A stretch of 64,000 bases of DNA from an uncultured bacterium (GCA_963732385.1 CAVSZB010000007.1:1088001-1152000), one strand, 5' to 3'; counted from the stretch's first letter, positions 49,968 to 59,198 are shown. The notes: generated from the sequence alone by a model not told the origin. Translations and numbers: made by a program.

Positions 49968-51161
49968 CTAGTCGAGCGGGATCGTCAGGTTGAGCGCCTG
50001 CCCCTGGCGATACACCCGCACCGGAACCCGCTTGCCCGCCGGCGTGTCCAGCAGCATGCGCTGCAGGTCCCCCGACTCCAGCAGCTTCTGGTGATCGAAC
50101 TGGAGCAGGATGTCGCCGGGCCGCAGCCCGCCCCGATCGGCCGCCGAGCCCTCCTGCACCGTCTCGAGGAACAGGACGTAGGGCCCGGCCTTCTCCACCA
50201 GCATCAGCTGCGCCAGCTGCTCGGCCGGCAGGTCTCCCGGCGCCAGCTCGCGGGGCAGGATGCCGAGCGAAGGTCTGGACACCGGAACGCCCGGGTCGGT
50301 CACCTTCTTTCCCACGACCGTCTGCCGCTGGAAGGCCAGGGCGAGCTTGTCCACCCGGCCCTGGGCATCGCGTGTGAACGTCGCCATCCAGGGATGCTGC
50401 CGGCTGTAGAAACGGTCCCAGGCGATGGGATAGAGCTCGTCATGGGCGAAGTCCTCCAGCATCAGCCGACCCTCCTCCTGCCACACCTTGATGACGAAGC
50501 CGCCCCCGAGGACATAGTCGCCGACGTAGTCGCCGTACGCCGCAAGAGGCATCTCGACGGCCGCAGGTTTGGTGAACGCGTAGTCGGCAGGCCGGCGGCC
50601 GGACTGGTCCACCGCCTCTGGCGAGGCGCCCGCCGCCAGCAGCATCTGCCGCACTTCCTCGTGGCCGCATTTGGTGGCGTAGTGCAACGGCGTCCAGCCC
50701 TCGTCCGAAGCGGTCTGCAGGTCGGCGCCGTGTTTGAGGAAGGCCTCCACGTTCCCCAGGGTCCCGCGCTGGACCGCCATCTGGAGCGGCGTGTTGCCCC
50801 AGGCGTTGCGGGCCTCCAGAGTGGCCCCCTGCGCCAGCAGCAGGGAGATGATCTCGGGGTTGTCCTCGTTGGCAGCGCAGTGGAGGGAGGCGCATCCGTC
50901 CCTGCCCATCGCGTTCACGTCGGCGCCACGGGCCACCAGATCGCGGACGACCGCCCACTTGCCGCGCATCGCCGCCCAGTTCAAGGCCGTGTAGCCGACC
51001 CCGTCCCGGGCTTCGAGCAGGCCGGGGTCGTCCGCCAGGAGAGTCTGGACCGCTCCCAGGTCGCCGATCTTGGCGGCTTCGTGGATCTCGGCGGCCTGCA
51101 GATCGGAAGACGGGCTCAAAAATAGAACGGAAAGAAATAGCCAAAGGACGGGGCGGTTCAT
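49968..51161 (-). CDS. Secreted protein with ankyrin repeats, a DUF3471-like region and a PDZ domain
   Basis: Signal peptide. GYTALNWAA, GNTPLQMA and GWTPLHYA repeats. YVGDY...FTRDAQGRV. GSAADRGGLRPGDILL. Confidence 0.8.
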   Translation of the reverse strand: MNRPVLWLFLSVLFLSPSSDLQAAEIHEAAKIGDLGAVQTLLADDPGLLEARDGVGYTALNWAAMRGKWAVVRDLVARGADVNAMGRDGCASLHCAANEDNPEIISLLLAQGATLEARNAWGNTPLQMAVQRGTLGNVEAFLKHGADLQTASDEGWTPLHYATKCGHEEVRQMLLAAGASPEAVDQSGRRPADYAFTKPAAVEMPLAAYGDYVGDYVLGGGFVIKVWQEEGRLMLEDFAHDELYPIAWDRFYSRQHPWMATFTRDAQGRVDKLALAFQRQTVVGKKVTDPGVPVSRPSLGILPRELAPGDLPAEQLAQLMLVEKAGPYVLFLETVQEGSAADRGGLRPGDILLQFDHQKLLESGDLQRMLLDTPAGKRVPVRVYRQGQALNLTIPLD

Positions 51162-51267
51162 AGGTCATCCCTCCGGAGGATGGGATTCACGAGGGACCCT
51201 CTACGGGATCGGTCGGACCGGAGATTTTCCCGGCCCGACCAATTTCCCCAGGAAACTCAGCCGTCTC

Positions 51268-52518
51268 TCAGTACAGGTCGCCGAAGAGCGTGAAGGCCCA
51301 CAGGTCCTGCCAGCCGCCCCAGTCGTCGCCCAGCAGCTCGCCCCAGTCCTCGCGGGCATAATCGAGGCGGGCGCCGGGACCGCCCGTCGCTACGGTCGAT
51401 CGCTCGCAGAAGTAGACCGCCCCGGCACCCGCACCGTCGAACTCGGTCCCGACGACCACGTCCTGGTCGTCGTCCGCGTCGAGCCGGCCGACCGCGAAGC
51501 AGAAGGCCCAGCGGGAGCCCAGGATCCGGTCCGTGGACGCGTACCGCCCCGAACCGTCGTTGAGCCACAGCCGGTTGCCCTCGCCAACGTTCGCGGTGAT
51601 CAGGTCCAGGTCGCCGTCGCGGTCCGCGTCGAACAGGACGACCCGGATAGCGCCGGGGCAGAAATAGGGGCCCGCCTCGGCGAAGGATCCCGCGCCGTCC
51701 CGGTTGAGCCAGACCCGCACCCCGTTCTCGATGTTCGCCACGACGAGATCGACGTCGCCGTCGCCGTCGACGTCCCCGCAGCCCACGCCGTCGCAGCCGT
51801 ACGCGTCGCCCACGGCCTGCCGCGCGTCGCGGAAGCCGCCCGCGCCGTCGTTGATCCGGATCTCGCCCGGCTGCTGGAGATAGCCGAGGAAGTAGTCGGA
51901 GACCGCGTCACCGTCGAAATCGGCCGCGGCCATCACCGGGCTCGTGACGCCGCCGTAGCCGACGTCGGTGCGGACGAAGCGCCCGCCGCCGTCGTTGACC
52001 CACAGCCGGTTCGGCCGGCGCGCGTAGACCAGGCAGGCGTCGACGTCGCCGTCGGCGTCGAAGTCGGCGAGCACGACCGACTGCGGCGCGTCGTTCGCCG
52101 ACCCGATGTCCTGCCCGCTGTCGATCAGCCTTCCCGCGCCGTCGTTGAGGAAGACCCGGCTCGGCGCGTCGTGGCAGACCAGGAAGACATCGGGACGGGA
52201 GTCCCCGTTCAGGTCGCCGAACTCGACATCGTGGGCCCGCTGCGCGTCGGAGGCCTCGAAGCGCTGGCGGCTGTCGGTGAACACACCATTGCCGTCGTTG
52301 AGCCAGAGCCGGCTCGGCCCGGTGTAGTTCCCGATGAAAAGGTCATTGTCGCCGTCCGCGTCCACATCAACAATCGCCACGCCGAAGACCCTGGCCACGC
52401 CGAAGCTCTGGGAGCCCTGCCTGAACGATACCGGGGCAGCGGCCGCGGCGCAGCCGGCGAGCAGGCAGCACAAGGCTACAGCCCGGGCTGCCGCTTGCTT
52501 CCAGCGAAATGTCGTCAT
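51268..52518 (-). CDS. Secreted FG-GAP/VCBS repeat protein
   Basis: About 7 repeats of DxDxDGDxDL...RLWLNDG, with a signal peptide. Confidence 0.85.
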   Translation of the reverse strand: MTTFRWKQAAARAVALCCLLAGCAAAAAPVSFRQGSQSFGVARVFGVAIVDVDADGDNDLFIGNYTGPSRLWLNDGNGVFTDSRQRFEASDAQRAHDVEFGDLNGDSRPDVFLVCHDAPSRVFLNDGAGRLIDSGQDIGSANDAPQSVVLADFDADGDVDACLVYARRPNRLWVNDGGGRFVRTDVGYGGVTSPVMAAADFDGDAVSDYFLGYLQQPGEIRINDGAGGFRDARQAVGDAYGCDGVGCGDVDGDGDVDLVVANIENGVRVWLNRDGAGSFAEAGPYFCPGAIRVVLFDADRDGDLDLITANVGEGNRLWLNDGSGRYASTDRILGSRWAFCFAVGRLDADDDQDVVVGTEFDGAGAGAVYFCERSTVATGGPGARLDYAREDWGELLGDDWGGWQDLWAFTLFGDLY

Positions 52519-52654
52519 GGGGTATTGTCTCCGGATCGTCGTTGGGGTTGCGACAGGACAGCGGGGCGGAGTCATTACGTCCCGGCACGCGCATTGTTCT
52601 GGGCGACGGCCCGCCTCCCCCGGCGGGCCGTCGCTTCGCGGCTTCCCCTGTCGC

Positions 52655-54445
52655 TCAGCTCTCCGGATCGTTCACGGCGATCTTGTCGACCCCGGCCTCC
52701 TTGATCCGCAGCATGGCGTTGGTGAAATCCGCGTACCTGGCATTGGCGGCCATCCGGACCGACACCACCAGGTGCGGCGCCTCTTCGACGCGCGCGGCCA
52801 GGATCTGGCCCAGCTTCTCGCCCTTCACCTTCTTGCCATCGATGGTCAAGGTGCCATCGTCCGCCAGGAACACCTCGGCCACCGAGCCCTCAGGCAGCGC
52901 CGCCAGCTTCGCCTGCAGATCCTTGCCCGGCAGGACCAGGGGCAGGCCTTTGCCCTTCTCGTCGGCGTAATAGACCTTGGCGATGCCCGCCTCGCGCATG
53001 CCCGACTGCACCTGGTGCACCAGGCTCATCGGCGCGGCGGGAACGCACTCCATCTTCACCACGGCCGCCTCGGAGTTGCCGCCCGCGGCCCGCTTGAGGG
53101 CGCCGGCCATGTTGCCGGGGGCCGTCTCGACGCCATCGATCAGGGTCCGCCGCTCCTCGATGCGGATCTGGATCTTCGCTGGCGGCGACGGGACCTGCCC
53201 CTCGCCCTTGAGCTGCCGTTCCTTGAATTCCTGCTTCTTGAATTCCTGCTCCTTCACTTTGAGTTCCTTCATCTCCTTTTCCTTGACCTGTTGCTCCTTC
53301 ATCTTCTGTTCCTTCACCTGCTGTTCCTTCATCTCCTTTTCCTTGACCTGTTGCTCCTTCATCTGCTGTTCATTCAGCTGCTGTTCCTTCATTTGCTTTT
53401 CCTGCATCTGCTTTTCCTTGGCCTGCTTCTCCGGCGGCGGTGGCGGGGTCTGGGCCCCCACCTGGGCCAGCGACAAGGGCAGGATCAGGGCCACCAGCGC
53501 GACAAGCACCAGACCGGTCTTCCACTTGGACGTCTTCATCGTCTCAGCCTCCTTCACCTGGTAGGAAACGCGTTTGAGCAGTTCGTGCCGTCGCCGCAGC
53601 AGGGCCGAGGCCGTGTGACAGACCACCGGCGTGCCGATGGCGCTCTCGGCCAGATCCACGAGCAGCCGGGAATAGGCCAGCCGGGCGTGGTGGTCGCCCG
53701 CTGTCGAGGCGTCGTCGCAGGCCATTTCGCGGTACTCGCCCAGGCGCCGGTTCAGCAGGCCGACCAGCGGATGGAAAAAGTACAGCGCCCCGACCACGAT
53801 CTGCAGCGCCTGGACCAGCCCGTCGCGGCGGTCCAGGTGGGCGGTCTCGTGGCGCAGGACGGCCTGCTTGCAGGCGGGATCCCAGGCGCGCCAGGCCTCG
53901 GGCACGAATATCCGTCGGGGGAAGAGTCCCAGCGTCAGAGGCATGCCCGTGCGCGGGGAGCAGTAGACGCCGATGCCCCGGCGCCGGGCCTCGGCCAGAT
54001 CCGGATCGCCCTGCACCGCAACGGCGCCGCGCAGGGCGCCCGCCAGCCGCAGCGTGGCCGTCGCCGAGCGCAGCAGGTAGATCAGCGCCGTGGCGCCCCA
54101 GAGCACCAGGGCGATGCCGAAGGCGTCCAGGTCGGCCAGGGAACGGGTCGCCGGCGCCATCGGGACTTCGCCCAGCTGGGCGAAGCTGAACAGCAGCCCC
54201 GCCGGCTGGGTGGGCGCCAGGCGGCCCAGCAGGGGCGACAGCAGGTCCACCGGCAGAAACGGCGGGATGAGCAGCTTGACCAACCCCACTGTCGCCACGG
54301 CGTAGCGCACCGCGGCCCGCGTCCGGCGCAGGGCGTGCAGGGCCCAGAACACCAGAGCCAGAAAGACCGTGTTCTGGATCACCCCGGGGATGAACCAGGC
54401 CGCCCACTGGCGGCCGCTCTCGTTCAGCAGATCAATCATCGCCAT
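52655..54445 (-). CDS. BlaR1/M56 peptidase fused to an E/K/Q-rich repeat and two ExbD/TolR-like periplasmic domains
   Basis: LRHETAH, YFFHPLV and REMACDD motifs. Two C-terminal copies of the pattern TxIDG...(M/I)xEAGxxK(V/I). Confidence 0.8.
   Translation of the reverse strand: MAMIDLLNESGRQWAAWFIPGVIQNTVFLALVFWALHALRRTRAAVRYAVATVGLVKLLIPPFLPVDLLSPLLGRLAPTQPAGLLFSFAQLGEVPMAPATRSLADLDAFGIALVLWGATALIYLLRSATATLRLAGALRGAVAVQGDPDLAEARRRGIGVYCSPRTGMPLTLGLFPRRIFVPEAWRAWDPACKQAVLRHETAHLDRRDGLVQALQIVVGALYFFHPLVGLLNRRLGEYREMACDDASTAGDHHARLAYSRLLVDLAESAIGTPVVCHTASALLRRRHELLKRVSYQVKEAETMKTSKWKTGLVLVALVALILPLSLAQVGAQTPPPPPEKQAKEKQMQEKQMKEQQLNEQQMKEQQVKEKEMKEQQVKEQKMKEQQVKEKEMKELKVKEQEFKKQEFKERQLKGEGQVPSPPAKIQIRIEERRTLIDGVETAPGNMAGALKRAAGGNSEAAVVKMECVPAAPMSLVHQVQSGMREAGIAKVYYADEKGKGLPLVLPGKDLQAKLAALPEGSVAEVFLADDGTLTIDGKKVKGEKLGQILAARVEEAPHLVVSVRMAANARYADFTNAMLRIKEAGVDKIAVNDPES
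53207..53431 (-). repeat. 15 x 15-nt coding tandem repeat (pentapeptide, consensus E-[KQ]-[QE]-[MVLF]-K)
   Basis: EKQAK EKQMQ EKQMK EQQLN EQQMK EQQVK EKEMK EQQVK EQKMK EQQVK EKEMK ELKVK EQEFK KQEFK ERQLK. A near-identical 60-nt duplication is visible at 53261-53320 vs 53321-53380. Confidence 0.9.
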
Positions 54446-54833
54446 CCCCCTTCAACTGGCGTTCCTTGACCCGGAGCAGGGCTCTGATCTGGGCGATCTC
54501 GTCCAGGCTCAGGTCCTCCAGGGACATCAGGGACGAGGCGAGGGCCGGAATCGAACCGCCGAAGACCCGGCCCAGCAACGAATCCATCTCCGCCCGCGTC
54601 ACTTCGGCACGGCTGCGCGTGGGCGCATAGAAATTGATCGCCCCGCGCTTGCGACGCTGCAGCAGCCCCTTTTTCAGAAGAGTGTTCATCACCGTCTGGA
54701 CCGTGGTGTAGGCCTTCTCCCCAGCGGGAAAGGCCCGGTCCAGGACCTCGCGGACAGTAGTGGAACCCTCCAGGCCCCAAACGGCCTGCATGATCTCCCA
54801 TTCGGCCGGCGTCAGCTTGGGTTTGCGGTTCAT
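54432..54833 (-). CDS. BlaI/MecI/CopY family repressor
   Basis: LTPAEWEIMQAVW, AYTTVQTVMNTLLKKG and FGGS motifs. GGAGG SD. Confidence 0.92.
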   Translation of the reverse strand: MNRKPKLTPAEWEIMQAVWGLEGSTTVREVLDRAFPAGEKAYTTVQTVMNTLLKKGLLQRRKRGAINFYAPTRSRAEVTRAEMDSLLGRVFGGSIPALASSLMSLEDLSLDEIAQIRALLRVKERQLKGDGDD

Positions 54834-54856
54834 GGCATTCCTCCGTGTCTCGTCTC

Positions 54857-54881
54857 TACTATGATTATAGTAATGCTACTA
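54857..54881. promoter_or_regulatory. Putative BlaI-family operator
   Basis: Palindrome TACTAT-gatt-ATAGTA (54857-54872) overlapping TAGTA-atgc-TACTA (54868-54881), starting 24 bp upstream of the repressor start. Confidence 0.7.
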
Positions 54882-55181
54882 AACAATCCGGAGGGAAGCA
54901 AGCCCCGCCACTGATTTTTTTGGGGCCCGAAGCGGCGGGTCAGTGCGTATGAAAGCGTCGCCCGCAGGATAAGCTGGGGGCAAAACGATGAAGGGCGCGG
55001 TGTCGTCGGAAGCTCGGGGTCCAGCAGGGGATAGTCATTTCAACCGCACATTCACCCCATCGCGGCCTCTTCCGACCACCTTGCATTGTGACTCGCAGCC
55101 CGCGCTGCCAGCGAACACACCGATCCATCCGTCGCTCTGCAACCGGGCGGCCGTCATCTCAGGTGTGGTCTGCTCGCGGGT

Positions 55182-56495
55182 TCACCACCGCCAGAGGATC
55201 CGCGCGCTCGCGAAGGCGACCGCGGCGTCGTCGGCCGGCTCGGTGTGCTGCTCCGGCTGCCAGTTCGCGGACAGGTCGAGCGCCAGGCGTCCGGTCACCG
55301 ACCAGGAGGCGGAGAGCCAGACTGCCCAGTAGGTGAAGTCGCTGTAGAGATCGAGGGTGTCGAGGCCGGGCAACTCAGCGGACGACAGCGGCTCGGGCGG
55401 GGGCGTGAAGGTGTAGTCGCGCCTTCCCAGTTCGACGGTGCAGGTGCCGACGAGGGTCAGGAGATTCGCCTCCGCCCCGACGCGCAGGCCGGCCTGATTG
55501 TAGGTCTCTGGCGAGTCGGTCCCGGCCGCGAACCGCTCGACGGCCGGACCCGCCAGCCACCCCCACGCCGCCTCGCCGCCGCCATGGTAGAGGAGGGTAC
55601 CGGCGAGGCGCCAGGAATCGAACCAGGCGGAAGTTTCGGTGTCGTAGCGCCAGACCTCCCCCTGCAGGTCGGTCTCGATCCGACCGGACCCGACGGGCGC
55701 CAGCCAGGCGGCCGTGCCCCAGTGCGACCAGGCCGAAGGACGCGCCGTCTCGTCGTGGATGGACCGCCGCTCGCTGCGCCAGAACAGCCGCACGCCGGTG
55801 CCGGTGAGCACCGCCGTATCCAGTTCGCCGGTGAGCCCGGCCACCGTGCGGTCGATCGCGGCGGAATCGGGATAGGCGCGCCGGGCCAGCCGGGCGCCCA
55901 GCGTGAAATAGCGCTCGGCGTCGTGTCCCGATTTCCAGTACACGCCGCCGCCCGCCTCGTCATGATCCAGCTCCAGCGTCGACGGCGTGGCGTAGCGCAG
56001 ACGACAGCCGCTCAGGCGCGCCTCGAACGCCCCTCCGCCGCGCGGCGAAAGGGTCGCGCGTGTTTCGGCGCGCGCCTCCCGCAGGTCGCTGCTGAGGCTG
56101 TAGCCGGTGCCGTGACGGTACTGGCGTCCGTGCCACGAGAAATCGCAGCGCAGGACCGTGGCCACCGAGTCGGGGCGGTACTGCCAGCCCGCCTCGAACC
56201 CCTCGCGCCTCAGCTCCGTGCCCAACGACAGCTCCGGGCGCAGCCGCCAGCGGTGGCGCGCCCTGCCGCTGGTGCGCGCCTCGGCCGCCGCCACGAGGTC
56301 GAACTCGGAAATCGTCTCGGTGGTGTCGACCCCGGCCAGGGGAAAGCGCTGAATGTAGGTGTCGTAGCCGGCGCTGGTGGTGAAGGTCCAGTCCAGGCGC
56401 GACGCGGTGCCAAGAGACGCGGAAGCGGCGCCGGCGGCAGAAGCGCGGCCGGCGCCGAGCAGGCAGATCAGCGTGCAGATCAACGACGGCTTCAA
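55182..56495 (-). CDS. Hypothetical exported protein, probable outer-membrane beta-barrel
   Basis: Signal peptide, alternating aromatic/polar strands, and a C-terminal ...ARILWRW ending in an aromatic residue (beta-signal-like). Confidence 0.6.
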   Translation of the reverse strand: MKPSLICTLICLLGAGRASAAGAASASLGTASRLDWTFTTSAGYDTYIQRFPLAGVDTTETISEFDLVAAAEARTSGRARHRWRLRPELSLGTELRREGFEAGWQYRPDSVATVLRCDFSWHGRQYRHGTGYSLSSDLREARAETRATLSPRGGGAFEARLSGCRLRYATPSTLELDHDEAGGGVYWKSGHDAERYFTLGARLARRAYPDSAAIDRTVAGLTGELDTAVLTGTGVRLFWRSERRSIHDETARPSAWSHWGTAAWLAPVGSGRIETDLQGEVWRYDTETSAWFDSWRLAGTLLYHGGGEAAWGWLAGPAVERFAAGTDSPETYNQAGLRVGAEANLLTLVGTCTVELGRRDYTFTPPPEPLSSAELPGLDTLDLYSDFTYWAVWLSASWSVTGRLALDLSANWQPEQHTEPADDAAVAFASARILWRW

Positions 56496-57562
56496 CGCGT
56501 CCGCTCCGCCGCCTTGCTGAGCAGATCGTGGGCGAGCGTGATCTGACGCAGCGCCAGTTCCACCCTGCCGCCGTCGAGCAACTCGCCCGCCCGGCGACGA
56601 TGTCCGGTCGCCTCATCGACGATCGCCATCGCGCGCCGATCGCCCGCGCGCCGGGCCGTGTCATCGACCAGCGTCCGACGTTCGTCCCAGCGGACGATCA
56701 GCTCCAGCACCGCCGCGGAAGAGACGCCCCCTTCGCGCCGCTCCGCCGCCTGCGCGGCGAGCCGGCGGGCCTGGCCGGCGAAGCGCAGCGCCCGCCACGG
56801 TTCGCCGGCGCGGGCGGCGTCACGCGCGCGGTCCAGTTCGGCCTGTGCCCGCTCCACGCCGTCGAGCGCCGCCCGGTCGTTCGCGTCGCGCGCCTGCTCG
56901 CGAGCCCGGTCGATCAGACCGGCCGTCTGCTCCAGCTCACTCTCCAGCCGGGCCGCCCCCCCCTGCTCGAACAGCAGGCGGGCCGCGCGATTGAAGAGCG
57001 CCTCGGCGGAACCGAGCAGGTTGAAGGCGATTTCGAAGTTCTTCTGCGCGTACTGTTCGCGGGCGCGCTCGAGCTGCCGCTCCGCCTCCCGGAGGAAACG
57101 GCCGATCTCCGCCTGCTGCCCCTCGCCCGCACGCTCGCGCAGGGTCTCCCGCAGCTCCTGAAGGCGCTCCATCCGCATCCGGGCGCGTTCCTCGAACGTC
57201 TGCGCCGTGCGCGCCAGCCGACCGGCGCTCAGGGCCGTATCGCGCGCCTGCCGCGCGACGCGCATCGCCAGCAGCGGCCGCCCGTCGTCGAGCAGACGTT
57301 GCGACTGTTCGTGCAGCGCGCGCGCCTCGAGCAGGACACGGCGCGCGCGGTCGCTCTCGGACTCGCGCACCGCCTCGCCGACCTGGTCGAGGATGTCGGC
57401 CGTGCGCTCGATGAAGACCCGCACGCTTTCGAGCGACTCCTGCGCCGCCGCCGGCCGCACCCCGCCGGCCGTGATCGCGAGCCAGAGTCCGGCGCAAAGC
57501 AGAACGCCGATGCCGGCGCCCCGCTCCCGGTGACCTTTTCCGCCTCGCCTGATCGCTGCCAT
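56492..57562 (-). CDS. Exported all-helical repeat protein of unknown function
   Basis: Signal/TM segment, then four Ala/Arg/Glu-rich repeats of about 75 aa. Confidence 0.7.
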   Translation of the reverse strand: MAAIRRGGKGHRERGAGIGVLLCAGLWLAITAGGVRPAAAQESLESVRVFIERTADILDQVGEAVRESESDRARRVLLEARALHEQSQRLLDDGRPLLAMRVARQARDTALSAGRLARTAQTFEERARMRMERLQELRETLRERAGEGQQAEIGRFLREAERQLERAREQYAQKNFEIAFNLLGSAEALFNRAARLLFEQGGAARLESELEQTAGLIDRAREQARDANDRAALDGVERAQAELDRARDAARAGEPWRALRFAGQARRLAAQAAERREGGVSSAAVLELIVRWDERRTLVDDTARRAGDRRAMAIVDEATGHRRRAGELLDGGRVELALRQITLAHDLLSKAAERTR

Positions 57563-57607
57563 GATCGACCTCTCTCGCTGGCGACTCCCCCGGATCGGGC
57601 GGCGCGC

Positions 57608-57623
57608 TGCAATTGGGGTGCCA
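57608..57623 (-). promoter_or_regulatory. sigma54 (-24/-12) promoter
   Basis: Minus strand reads TGGCAC-CCCAA-TTGCA, an exact match to TGGCAC-N5-TTGCW, 45 bp upstream of the ATG at 57562. Confidence 0.85.
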
Positions 57624-57796
57624 GCCGCAGCGCGCGGCAGGGGCAGTAGATTCCACTCGAGCAAATCAATACAAACCATTGCATTCACGCACATTACCAG
57701 ACAGAAAACGTCATTTCTGCGAACCGGCTGACCCTGACCCGTCGCGTCCGGTGCGAGCGGTGACGTACCCCCAGGGGCAGAACGGTCGGGCCGGTG

Positions 57797-59176
57797 CTAA
57801 ACGGGCGACTCCGGTTCTTCGCCACCGTGTCCCGGTTCCTCCTCCATCCCGAGCAGCTTCAGCCGGGAATAGAGAGTGCGCCGGGTGATCCCGAGCAGGC
57901 GCGCGGCGAGGGTCTTGTTGCCGCCGGCGCGCGCGAGGGCGGCGCGGATCAACCGCCGCTCGTTCTGCTCGAGGTTCAACTCCACCGGGACGCTGTCGGC
58001 CGCCGCGCCGGGCGGCGGCGCGCCCCGCACGTCGATGACCACATGCTCGTCGCGCAGCGATCCGGTCCCGGCGAGGATGTGCGCCCGCTCGATCACGTTG
58101 CGCAGTTCGCGCACGTTGCCGGGCCAGGCGTGCGCGCGCAGCCGCGCCACGGTGCCGGCGGCCAACGCCTGGCCACGCCGCCCCAGCGCGTCGAGAAAAC
58201 GCTCGGCCAGCGCCGCGATGTCGTCGCACCGGTCGCGCAGCGGCGGCACGTCGAGCGGAAAGACCAGCAGGCGATAGTAGAGATCCTCCCGGAAGCGCCC
58301 CGCGGTGATGGCCTGTTCGAGCGGCCGGTTGGTGGCGGCGACGATGCGCACGTCCACGTCGCGCTCGCGCGGATCGCCGACCCGGTTGATCTTCCGCTCT
58401 TCGAGCACCCGCAGCAGCTTCGCCTGCACCGGCAACCCGGCCTCGCCGATTTCATCCAGGAACAGCGTGCCGCCGCGCGCCGCCTCGAACAGCCCCTCCC
58501 GGTCGCGGTCGGCGCCGGTGAAAGCGCCCTTGCGATAGCCGAACAGTTCGCTCTCGAGCAGGGTCTCGGCGATCGCCGCGCAGTTGACGGCGATGAACGG
58601 GCCGCCGTCGCGCGCACTGCCATCGTGCAGCGCCCGCGCCACCAGCTCCTTGCCGACGCCGCTCTCGCCGCGGATCAGCACCGTGGCCTCGGTCGTGGCC
58701 ACCTTGCCGATCAACTCCCGCAGCCCCCGCATGGCCGCCGAATCCCCGACCAGCTGCGCGCCGCCCCCCTGCGAGGCCACCGCGCGCCGCAGGGCGCGGT
58801 TCTCGCGCACGACGTCAGCCTCGTCGAGCGCCTTGACAACCAACGCGGCCAGCGCCTCGAAGTCGCACGGCTTCTGCAGGAATCCGTACGCGCCGCCCCG
58901 CAGGGCGCGCACCGCGTCGGGCACGTCGCCATGCCCGGTGAGCACGAGGACCGGCGTGCCGGGACTGTCGGCCTTCACCCCTTCGAGTACGGCGAAACCG
59001 TCGAGCGGCTCCATGCGCAGGTCGGTGATGACCAGCTCGAACGGCTCGCGCCGGAACGTGGCCAGCGCCTCGCCGCCGCCGTGGGCGCCGGTCACCACGT
59101 GCCCGTGCCGCCCCAGGTTTGCCTTGAGCACGGCGACCATGCCCTGCTCGTCGTCCACCACCAGGATCTTCGCCAC
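57797..59176 (-). CDS. NtrC-family sigma54-dependent response regulator
   Basis: ILVVDDE receiver, [35 protein letters not shown] and a Fis-type HTH. Confidence 0.95.
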   Translation of the reverse strand: MAKILVVDDEQGMVAVLKANLGRHGHVVTGAHGGGEALATFRREPFELVITDLRMEPLDGFAVLEGVKADSPGTPVLVLTGHGDVPDAVRALRGGAYGFLQKPCDFEALAALVVKALDEADVVRENRALRRAVASQGGGAQLVGDSAAMRGLRELIGKVATTEATVLIRGESGVGKELVARALHDGSARDGGPFIAVNCAAIAETLLESELFGYRKGAFTGADRDREGLFEAARGGTLFLDEIGEAGLPVQAKLLRVLEERKINRVGDPRERDVDVRIVAATNRPLEQAITAGRFREDLYYRLLVFPLDVPPLRDRCDDIAALAERFLDALGRRGQALAAGTVARLRAHAWPGNVRELRNVIERAHILAGTGSLRDEHVVIDVRGAPPPGAAADSVPVELNLEQNERRLIRAALARAGGNKTLAARLLGITRRTLYSRLKLLGMEEEPGHGGEEPESPV

Positions 59177-59198
59177 AGGTGTCCTTTCGCCGGTTCCG

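Noticed and set aside
53207..53431. Possible CRISPR-like or non-coding repeat array
   Set aside because: The units are contiguous in-frame 15-mers with no unique spacers, and no cas genes are present. It is a coding repeat.
54940..55181. Small ORFs between blaI and the beta-barrel-like gene
   Set aside because: No SD, motifs or typical codon pattern.
57661..57685. IHF site between the enhancer candidate and the sigma54 promoter
   Set aside because: AATCAA is present, but the TTR half of WATCAANNNNTTR is not. It is kept only as an AT-rich spacer.
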